The notes under the pieces: generated by a model | The model's database searches: none | What the model was told of the DNA's origin: nothing | The model's input: the letters and a program-made list of their open reading frames with translations, nothing else | Program-made: the position numbers and the translations under genes | Source: Alphaproteobacteria bacterium | Lineage (GTDB): Bacteria > Pseudomonadota > Alphaproteobacteria > UBA6615 | NCBI GenBank assembly: GCA_965261975.1 | Contig: CBDHEC010000040.1 | Location: 1 to 55,694 of the forward strand | Length of the DNA: 55,694 bases | Direction of reading: 5' to 3' | Shown here: piece after piece, positions 7,460 through 15,870 of the stretch | How positions within the stretch are numbered: position 1 is the stretch's first letter | Layout of the letters: each line of letters begins with the position of its first letter

Positions 7460-7505
7460 TACAACGAAATAATCAGTTGACTATCGTCGCGACCATCTCC
7501 ATATA
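7460..7505 (+). promoter_or_regulatory. Early sigma70-type promoter with overlapping operator-like palindrome (copy 3)
   Basis: TACAACGAAATAATCAGTTGA; TTGACT-N17-CATATA; shares GACCATCT in the spacer with the 4004 copy. Confidence 0.7.
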
Positions 7506-7548
7506 GAGGGTCCGGCGCTAGTCGCCGCCGCGCTTCGGGCGCGGGAAC

Positions 7549-7629
7549 CTAAGGCCTCGCTGTGTCCACCCTTCCGGGACGCGGCGGGGCCTTAGTGCGT
7601 ATTGAAACAGCAACGGAAGAGACACACAC
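7549..7629 (+). promoter_or_regulatory. Intergenic hairpin/RBS module E
   Basis: CTAAGGCCTCGCTGTGTCC/GGACGCGGCGGGGCCTTAG long stem, TGCGT, then ACAGCAACGGAAGA. Confidence 0.7.
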
Positions 7630-8064
7630 ATGGATATTGAAGCGAAGACCGAGACGAAGACCATCGGGTACACTATCAACCTGTCCGAAGACGACCTGCA
7701 GCATCTCAGCAAAGTCCTGGGGTACTACGTCCATGCCGTAGCGGGCACGTCGGAAGGCACATCGGATCGGAAGGTGTGGGCGACGTGCGCGCGCCGCGCC
7801 GTGGACCAGATGCTGGATGTGGAACCTGAGCCTGAAGAAGGCGGTGTCTGGATTGAGTGGACGCCTGAGCAGGCGAAGCTTGCCTTCGATGATGCCGTCG
7901 AAGGCTCGCTGTGGGATGGTCCGCAGGGCCTCCCGGCAGGCACTGAGGTAGAAGTCATGTTCCGCGGCGGGCACACCGCGTCGGACAGTGCCCCGGCTGG
8001 CTGGTACTGGGGACACGACGGTGACGAGAGCGACATCGTCGCGTGGCGCATCGTGAGCGCCTGA
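7630..8064 (+). CDS. Phage hypothetical protein with Trp-rich C-terminal domain
   Basis: WIEW..LPAGTEVEVMFRGG..WYWGH..SDIVAWRIV, a recurrent phage accessory domain. Confidence 0.7.
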   Translation: MDIEAKTETKTIGYTINLSEDDLQHLSKVLGYYVHAVAGTSEGTSDRKVWATCARRAVDQMLDVEPEPEEGGVWIEWTPEQAKLAFDDAVEGSLWDGPQGLPAGTEVEVMFRGGHTASDSAPAGWYWGHDGDESDIVAWRIVSA

Positions 8065-8171
8065 TGCACCCTGACGACTTCATATCGCTACTCTGCGGGG
8101 TCCTCATGTTTGCTATCATAGGGGTAGCAGTGATCGAGGCACTTTCCGACAACGCGGTGTTCATCCCCTAG
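8064..8171 (+). CDS. Small single-pass membrane peptide (35 aa)
   Basis: TGATG overlap with the upstream gene; MHPDDFISLLCGVLMFAIIGVAVIEALSDNAVFIP. Confidence 0.5.
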   Translation: MHPDDFISLLCGVLMFAIIGVAVIEALSDNAVFIP

Positions 8172-8250
8172 CCTTACGCTGACACCGCGCTGGCGCACAA
8201 CCACACACCGCGCTGGCACCTCCAAGTCCAACACAACGTCTACCACGTCT

Positions 8251-8285
8251 GGCCCTGCTGATACCCTCAGCGGGGCCTTTCGCGT
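8251..8285 (+). terminator. Hairpin module F / probable end of the early transcript
   Basis: GGCCCTGCTGA-TACCC-TCAGCGGGGCC followed by TTTCGCGT; similar architecture to the T7 early terminator. Confidence 0.6.
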
Positions 8286-8325
8286 GCAAACTGCACTTTT
8301 ATGTACACATACGCCGGAAGGGGGA

Positions 8326-8404
8326 CACTTAGTGTACGTAGTGTGCACCTAATGTGCACCTAATGTGCACCTAATGTGCACCTAACGTTTTCACTTAGTG
8401 TACG
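8326..8404. repeat. Four tandem 11-bp repeats flanked by a 13-bp direct repeat
   Basis: TGTGCACCTAA x4 (8342-8385); CACTTAGTGTACG at 8326-8338 and 8392-8404. Confidence 0.95.
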
Positions 8405-8576
8405 ACTATTCCTACACTTATAGTACAACATTACGTTAAGCTTTAAGTCTACGTAATGTCACACTAGTGTAAGCAGGACTAGAGATTGTCCTGTACAGGT
8501 ATGTGTCATGAGTGGTATGTCGCGGGGGAATGTATTTTAGCGATACGTAATGTAATGGCAGAGGAGCCCCTAAGAG

Positions 8577-8867
8577 ATGTACGCACAACAAACCCAAACT
8601 GCGAAAGCGCAGCGTCTCCGTAAAGAAGCAGGTGCGTGGCTTCAGGAGCAACGTAAGTCCGTAGGCCTGACACAGGCCGACATGGCGAAAGCCCTGGGAC
8701 TTGAGTGGCCAACGGAAGTATCTGCGTTCGAGCGTGGGGCGTCACGTGTGCCCCCGCATCTCTATGCGAAGTATGCGAAGGCTTTGAAGATGCCTTTGAA
8801 GACCTTCGCGAAGCGGGCCGTCCAGTATTACGACCCGTATGTGTACGAAGCCCTGTTCGGGAAGTAG
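8577..8867 (+). CDS. XRE-family helix-turn-helix regulator (candidate repressor)
   Basis: GAWLQEQRKSVGLTQADMAKALG..EVSAFERGASRVP HTH pattern. Confidence 0.9.
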   Translation: MYAQQTQTAKAQRLRKEAGAWLQEQRKSVGLTQADMAKALGLEWPTEVSAFERGASRVPPHLYAKYAKALKMPLKTFAKRAVQYYDPYVYEALFGK

Positions 8868-8896
8868 GAACGCTTTCTAACAAAAAAAGGCGAAAC

Positions 8897-9226
8897 ATGA
8901 CTGTGATACCTTTTCCGAGACCTCAGCAACATGAAGTCGGCGGCTGGACCTCTAGTGAGTACGCCACGCTTCAGGAAGCGCTTATGTTTATCAACAGGTT
9001 CCACCCACAGATCGAATTGGTTGTGGGGGTAGCTGAGGACGGAACACCGTGGGCCGTGCTGAACAACAGCGCAGGCGGTCTGACTTTCTTCCATATCAAC
9101 CGGACGCCTGATGGGGTCTACAACTTTGGCGCTGTAGGGCGTGAAGTTACAATATGGCGGCAGCAGGATGATCTCCGGAGCATTCTCGCTGAACGTCAGT
9201 ACATCGCTGCACAGGAGACAGCCTGA
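8897..9226 (+). CDS. Hypothetical protein between regulator and integrase
   Basis: MTVIPFP..WTSSE..GVAEDGTPWAVL..FFHINR; stop overlaps the integrase ATG (TGATG). Confidence 0.7.
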   Translation: MTVIPFPRPQQHEVGGWTSSEYATLQEALMFINRFHPQIELVVGVAEDGTPWAVLNNSAGGLTFFHINRTPDGVYNFGAVGREVTIWRQQDDLRSILAERQYIAAQETA

Positions 9227-10356
9227 TGCGTATCTACAAGCGTCCCAACAGTCCCTACTGGTGGTACGACTTCACGGTAGCTGAGGCGCGCCACCGCGCG
9301 TCAACGCTACGCGACGTCAAGTCTGACGCGCGGAAGGTGGCTGAGGAAGCCTTCCGGCGCGCGCTGGACGCAAGCCAGCTAGGGGTGCGTGAGGTAGCGA
9401 CCCTCGAGCATGTGATCGACCGTTACCTTGATGATCCTCACGTGACCGGGCAGGCCGACTATCGCAACGTGGCGTCACGCTGCAACAAGCTGATCGCACG
9501 TGGGGACACGTTCCGCGGGCGGTTCGGGCTGGAGGGTGACGCGCCGTTCGAGCATGCCGTGACAACACGTACTGTGGCCGCATTGCGTGCGGCGCGTTTG
9601 CGGGAGGGCAACTCGGAGGCTACAGCCAACCGGGAGATCGTCTTGCTGCAGACCATCTACAACAGATGCAACAGAGTGTGGGACATCACCGTGGCACCCG
9701 ACGTACGCTTCGAGCGCGGGAAGGAACAGCGGAAGCTGCGCTTCCTGACACTCGAAGAGGAAGAGGCGTTCTTCGACCAGATCAACCCGTTCCTCGACCG
9801 GATTGGCCTCGCGCCGTACGGCAAGCGGGCTCCGCTTATCCAGCGACAGCTACAGGACCAGTACGATCTGAGTGTGTTCCTGTTGGACACCGGGTGTCGC
9901 TACAGTGAGATCACCTCACTCACGTGGGACTGCATCGAGGCTGACGGCACGATCAACCTGTACCGGACGAAGACCGGGAACGAGAGCAGGCTTACGCCGA
10001 CGCAGCGTCTCGCCCCGGTGATCGATCGGCGCAGACGTGCGACCAACTCCCCGTACATCTTCCCTGGTTCGGGGAGGCGCACGGAGACGCGGGGGCACGC
10101 TACGAAGGGCATCATGCGCGCGTTCGAGCGCGCGGGGATCAACACGCCTGCCAAGGTGGACCGGTTCGGGAAGGCGACGACCCACACGTTCCGGCACACC
10201 TTCGCGAGCCGCCTTGTGATGGCGGGTGTGTCCCTGTTCAAGGTGCAGGCGTTGCTTGGACACTCTTCGCCCGAGATGACGATGCGGTATGCGCACCTTG
10301 CGCCTGACAATGTGAGCGAAGAGGCTGCGGGGGTGTTGGACGCGCTACGCGCCTGA
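9226..10356 (+). CDS. int: Tyrosine recombinase/integrase
   Basis: N-terminal arm-binding-like MRIYKR..WWYDF; DTGCRYSEI, TKTG, HTFRHTFASRL, LLGHSS..MTMRYAHL catalytic residues intact. Confidence 0.95.
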   Translation: MRIYKRPNSPYWWYDFTVAEARHRASTLRDVKSDARKVAEEAFRRALDASQLGVREVATLEHVIDRYLDDPHVTGQADYRNVASRCNKLIARGDTFRGRFGLEGDAPFEHAVTTRTVAALRAARLREGNSEATANREIVLLQTIYNRCNRVWDITVAPDVRFERGKEQRKLRFLTLEEEEAFFDQINPFLDRIGLAPYGKRAPLIQRQLQDQYDLSVFLLDTGCRYSEITSLTWDCIEADGTINLYRTKTGNESRLTPTQRLAPVIDRRRRATNSPYIFPGSGRRTETRGHATKGIMRAFERAGINTPAKVDRFGKATTHTFRHTFASRLVMAGVSLFKVQALLGHSSPEMTMRYAHLAPDNVSEEAAGVLDALRA

Positions 10357-10434
10357 TCTTTCCAGTACACTCTTGCCAGAACACCGAGTTACAGCGACCC
10401 ACGACGCCTCTGAGGCATGACGGGAGAGCGCTGG

Positions 10435-10492
10435 GAGCCGCCTAGGGGAAACCTTGGGCGGCTCTTCTTGTTGCTACAACCGGAGGAACGAC
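10435..10492 (+). terminator. Hairpin/RBS module G after integrase
   Basis: GAGCCGCCTAGGG-GAAA-CCTTGGGCGGCTC, TTCTTGTT, then TACAACCGGAGG. Confidence 0.6.
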
Positions 10493-11008
10493 ATGACTGA
10501 CCCAACGAAAAGGGCGCGGGAGATTGCGCGGAAACATCATCGTGGGCGCGGACCCATCAAACAGATGGACATGATCGAAGACATCCTCGAAACACTGGAA
10601 GCGGCGACAGAGGGGTCGCGGGAGTTGGATGCGAAGGTCCATGCGCTGGCTCTTGGCGACGATTGGACCGCACGAACCAAATACGATGACGGCTCTGGAG
10701 AATGGTTTTGCTATTCGAAATCTCTATTCAACGACAAAGCAGGGACGGTGCCCAAGGCCATCACCCCACCCGCCTACACATCCAAGCCCTATGACCTAAC
10801 AGCAGCGGCAACACTGGTCCCCGAGGGGAATTACTGGCACGTCGCCAATCAAGGGCAGGTTGGCGCGAAGCATCTGGCATTCGCTGGCGTCTATGGTCCC
10901 CCAATGGTCGGGAGCGAATGCGACACGCACGCCCCCGAACCCGCCCTTGCTCTGACAATAGCTGCGGTACGGGCGTCACATCATATCTCGGAGACCCCCA
11001 ATGAATGA
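10493..11008 (+). CDS. Phage accessory protein (NinX/ABA-sandwich-like)
   Basis: LEAATEGSRELDAKV..PAYTS..LTAAATLVPEG..W..PALALTIAAVRA; GGAGG RBS. Confidence 0.65.
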   Translation: MTDPTKRAREIARKHHRGRGPIKQMDMIEDILETLEAATEGSRELDAKVHALALGDDWTARTKYDDGSGEWFCYSKSLFNDKAGTVPKAITPPAYTSKPYDLTAAATLVPEGNYWHVANQGQVGAKHLAFAGVYGPPMVGSECDTHAPEPALALTIAAVRASHHISETPNE

Positions 11009-11732
11009 GGAAGCACTGCGCGAGGCGGTCAAGCATGTTCGATACTCTGACGGCTCCCCCGCTATTGACGAAATCGATGCCGCGTTACTCATCACCGCCT
11101 ACCTCACCCGAGCGACCACAGGTCCGGGAGAATTTGCGGGCGAAGGAGAATACGACAACCAGTTTGAAGCCTTTGACGACGGCTACGCGCAGGGCTGCCA
11201 GAAACACGCACCGGCCCTCACCCGAGCGTCAGACGGGAGCCACCTGCACCCCTGGTATGGACCATGTGACGAACTGGCATTGGGGAGACAGTGCGCGGAA
11301 TGCCTGAAGGTCAGAGCGTCAGAGGGGGATGAGTTGGTGGAGCGGTTGCGGCAACGGGCGATTGAAACGCCAGATGAGTTTGCGCACCATGCGTCACTTG
11401 ACCAGCACGCCGCCGACGCCCTCACAGCCCATAGAGCGGAGATTGCTCCACTGAAAGAGGAGTTAAGGCACCGCAGGGATATTGAAGCGAACTATCAAGA
11501 CAGTGTGGAGTTACTGGATGCCCAGAAAAACACCGCCCTTGCCCGCGTTGAGGAACTAGAGGGGGCGCTGGAAACTGCCGAAAGCGCCATCAAATCACTG
11601 CCGTCTGACGCACTGGGGATTGGCGGTGTCGATGTTTCCGATCCCGGCGCGACACGCTGGTTTATCCGCGACGAGGTTCTAGCCGCGATCAAGCGTGCCC
11701 TTTCCAAGAACACAAGCCCGGAGACAACATGA
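11001..11732 (+). CDS. Phage hypothetical protein with coiled-coil segment
   Basis: Overlaps upstream gene, GGAG RBS; ELVERLR..AADAL..RVEELEGAL. Confidence 0.65.
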   Translation: MNEEALREAVKHVRYSDGSPAIDEIDAALLITAYLTRATTGPGEFAGEGEYDNQFEAFDDGYAQGCQKHAPALTRASDGSHLHPWYGPCDELALGRQCAECLKVRASEGDELVERLRQRAIETPDEFAHHASLDQHAADALTAHRAEIAPLKEELRHRRDIEANYQDSVELLDAQKNTALARVEELEGALETAESAIKSLPSDALGIGGVDVSDPGATRWFIRDEVLAAIKRALSKNTSPETT

Positions 11733-11941
11733 CGACACTCCCGACACACCAAGTCATCGATGGTCACAGCGTTCCCTGGCGCACCTGTCCGATCTGTAAG
11801 GGGACAGGCGCTGCCGCTAAGGGCTTTGAGTGCTGCGGCGCGTTCGACATTGGGGGCGCGTGTTGCCAACAGATGGTCGAGAGCCTCGAGGCGTGCCCCG
11901 CATGTGACGGGGAGTCCATCATCCCGATGCGTTCCTGCTAA
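11729..11941 (+). CDS. Small Cys-rich putative metal-binding protein
   Basis: 9 Cys in 70 aa: CPICKGTG, ECCG, ACC, CPACDG; ATGA overlap and GGAG RBS. Confidence 0.6.
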   Translation: MTTLPTHQVIDGHSVPWRTCPICKGTGAAAKGFECCGAFDIGGACCQQMVESLEACPACDGESIIPMRSC

Positions 11942-12010
11942 CCCGCACACCCGCGGCACATAAAGAACTTCTCTCAGGTTCACCTAAATGCCAAAACCCT
12001 TAGTGAGACT

Positions 12011-12084
12011 TGGCTGGGGGAGCAGGACTCGAACCTGCACTGGCGGAGTCAGAGTCCGCTGTCCTACCATTAGACGATCCCCCA
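12011..12084 (-). tRNA. tRNA-Gln (anticodon CUG); prophage attachment site
   Basis: Reverse complement TGGGGGATCGTCTAATGGTAGGACAGCGGACTCTGACTCCGCCAGTGCAGGTTCGAGTCCTGCTCCCCCAGCCA folds as a cloverleaf with encoded CCA. Confidence 0.97.
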
Positions 12085-12141
12085 ATGGCCAACTGGGCGC
12101 GGTCTTTAGCATACCTGTGCCAGCGTGTGTAGATGAACAGC

Positions 12142-12417
12142 ATGGCAGCTAAAAATTATCGACTGATTGACGAAACGGGTCGTGCTTACGAAAGCCCGTC
12201 GCCGGGAGCCTTGGGGGGGCATCGGCGGACGCGGATATACGGGCGGCTCGATTGCCCGAACGCCCTGCGCTGGCTGGCAAAGGGCCATTACGCGCCACAA
12301 AGGGTGTTCTTCCGGGATGAAGCAACCGCGCAGGGGGCGGGATACCGGGCTTGCGCGATCTGCCTGCCCGACGCCTACCGCACGTGGAAGCGGGGACAGT
12401 CCGGGAAGGCTTCCTGA
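12142..12417 (+). CDS. Stand-alone Ada metal-binding-domain-like protein
   Basis: IYGRLDCP..RVFF.DEATAQGAGYRACAIC. Confidence 0.8.
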   Translation: MAAKNYRLIDETGRAYESPSPGALGGHRRTRIYGRLDCPNALRWLAKGHYAPQRVFFRDEATAQGAGYRACAICLPDAYRTWKRGQSGKAS

Positions 12418-12481
12418 TCGCGCGCAGCCCGTGTAGTTTCTGGGGCTTGGGATCGAACCTGCCTCGCCCCTGGAGAGCCCC

Positions 12482-13564
12482 GTGGCATCGAGACGCGCCA
12501 GAAACGCAAAGAATGAAACCCGGCAACGTCGCGACGGACGCTGGCAACATGTCTATGCGGCACTCGATCTGGGGACGAACAATTGTCGGCTTCTTGTGGC
12601 CAAGCCCAACCGGGACGGCTTTCGCGTCGTCGATGCGTTTTCTCGGATCGTGCGGTTGGGCGAGGGGCTGGGAAATTCGAGCACACTTTCCGAACAAGCC
12701 ATGGATCGCACTATCGAGGCGTTGCATGTGTGCCAGTCGAAGGTCGAACGCAACGGTGTGACCCGGTTGCGTGCGGTCGCGACCGAGGCGTGCCGCAGGG
12801 CGGATAATGGCGTCGCCTTTATCGAACGGGCGCGGGCTGAAACCAACATTGAGCTGGAAGTTATCGCGCCGGACGAGGAGGCGGAACTGGCGCTGATCGG
12901 CTGTTCACCGCTCTACGATGCGCCCCAGGACGAAAATGCCTATGCGCTGTTGTTCGATATTGGCGGCGGCAGCACACAGATCACATGGCTCAAGCTCCAT
13001 CATGCGAACGCGGTGCCCGGTCAGGTGGATACCGAAATCATCGACTGCATTTCGGTGCCCTGCGGCGTGGTGACGCTCAGCGAGCGGTTTGGCTGCGGTG
13101 AGGGTGCGGATGGCCGGGCGTCGCCGGAACTCTACGGTCAGATTTGTGAGCATGTCCGCGAGCTGTTGGTCGCGTTCGATGCGCAGCACGAAATCTCCAG
13201 GCTCGTGGCGGGCGGTGCGGTCCAGATGGTCGGCACCTCGGGCACCGTGACGACCCTCACCGGGGTGCATCTGGACTTACCCCGTTATAACCGGGACCGC
13301 GTCGACGGCCGGCAGCTCGATTTTGCCGAGCTGGGCAGCGCGCGCGATCTCCTTCTCGGCCTGGATCGCCAGGACCGTGCGGCACACCCCTGTATCGGGC
13401 CCGAGCGTGCCGACCTTGTCGTGTCGGGGTGCGCGGTGCTGGATGCAATTTGCGGGCTTTGGCCCGTCGGCCGGCTGCGTGTTGCCGACCGTGGACTGCG
13501 CGAAGGCATCCTCCACGGATTGATGCGATCGGCAGACCGTGAAGCAGCTCAGGCCGGGGCCTGA
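12482..13564 (+). CDS. ppx: Ppx/GppA family phosphatase
   Basis: AALDLGTNNCRLL, RIVRLGEG, ATEACRRA, DIGGGST, RGLREG. Confidence 0.9.
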   Translation: MASRRARNAKNETRQRRDGRWQHVYAALDLGTNNCRLLVAKPNRDGFRVVDAFSRIVRLGEGLGNSSTLSEQAMDRTIEALHVCQSKVERNGVTRLRAVATEACRRADNGVAFIERARAETNIELEVIAPDEEAELALIGCSPLYDAPQDENAYALLFDIGGGSTQITWLKLHHANAVPGQVDTEIIDCISVPCGVVTLSERFGCGEGADGRASPELYGQICEHVRELLVAFDAQHEISRLVAGGAVQMVGTSGTVTTLTGVHLDLPRYNRDRVDGRQLDFAELGSARDLLLGLDRQDRAAHPCIGPERADLVVSGCAVLDAICGLWPVGRLRVADRGLREGILHGLMRSADREAAQAGA

Positions 13565-13571
13565 TTGAGAG

Positions 13572-14273
13572 ATGGCGCGGGGCCGCAAGTCATCGGGTGA
13601 CGGCGGTTCGCGCATGCGCTTTGAACGGGTGCGTTCGGCGCGTGGCCGGCGGTTGTCCTCGACACTCTGGCTGCAGCGTCAGTTGAACGATCCCTATGTG
13701 CAGGCGGCCAAACGCGATGGTTACCGTTCGCGCGCCGCCTACAAGCTGTTGCAGATCGACGAACGGTTCGAGCTTCTGAAGCCGGGCAAACGGGTGGTCG
13801 ATCTGGGCGCTGCACCGGGCGGCTGGACCCAGATCGCGGTCGACCGAGTGGAATCCGACGACAGTGCGAAGTCCGTCGTCGCTATCGATATCCTCGAAAT
13901 GGAACCCCTGGCCGGCGCCGAGATCCTCGTCGGCGATATCGAGGACGAAGCGGCGGTCGCGCGGTTGCGAACAGCGATCGGCGAACGGGTGGATTTGGTC
14001 CTGTCCGATATGGCGACCGCGACGACCGGGCACGCGTCGACTGACCATTTGCGCACCTTGGCGCTGGCTGAAGCGGCGTTCTTGTTTGCCTGCGAAGTAC
14101 TGCGCCCCGGGGGTGGTTTCGTGACCAAGGTCTTCCAGGGGGCCGACGAGCCGGCCCTGTTCGAGGCCATGACGACGAAGTTCGACTCCGTTCGCCGGTT
14201 CAAGCCGAAGGCGAGCCGGAGCGACTCGGTCGAGATGTTCCTCGTCGGGACCGGGTTCAAGGACGCCGAATAA
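13572..14273 (+). CDS. rlmE: 23S rRNA Um2552 methyltransferase
   Basis: WLQRQLNDPYV..GYRSRAAYKL, DLGAAPGGW, VLSDMA, KPKASR.DS.E. Confidence 0.95.
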   Translation: MARGRKSSGDGGSRMRFERVRSARGRRLSSTLWLQRQLNDPYVQAAKRDGYRSRAAYKLLQIDERFELLKPGKRVVDLGAAPGGWTQIAVDRVESDDSAKSVVAIDILEMEPLAGAEILVGDIEDEAAVARLRTAIGERVDLVLSDMATATTGHASTDHLRTLALAEAAFLFACEVLRPGGGFVTKVFQGADEPALFEAMTTKFDSVRRFKPKASRSDSVEMFLVGTGFKDAE

Positions 14274-14358
14274 CCGGGTTTTTGCCGTCCGACAGACGAA
14301 CGCTTGTCGATGCGTGCCGCTTGTGTATATAAGCCGCGTCAACTCTCGATTCGGCTAA

Positions 14359-15831
<1,473 letters not shown>

Positions 15832-15870
15832 CCCGGTCGCCAGCCGGATCGGTTTTCGGCGGAAAATCTC

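Larger units (their letters stand above)
1..12050 (+). mobile_element. Integrated T7-like (Autographiviridae-type) prophage, right part; left end outside window, right att in 3' part of tRNA-Gln
   Basis: T7 gp18/gp19-like terminase pair, co-oriented small early genes, XRE regulator and intact tyrosine integrase, bounded by the 3' end of a tRNA; host-type genes follow the tRNA. The exact att core cannot be fixed without the other end. Confidence 0.9.

Noticed and set aside
3560-8404. CRISPR array from the 35-bp or 11-bp repeats, or from the intergenic modules
   Set aside because: No regular repeat-spacer period with unique 25-45 nt spacers and no cas genes; the modules are separated by whole genes.
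1-12010. Phage RNA polymerase promoters (T7-type 23-bp consensus)
   Set aside because: No repeated motif upstream of late genes could be identified by eye in this part of the prophage.
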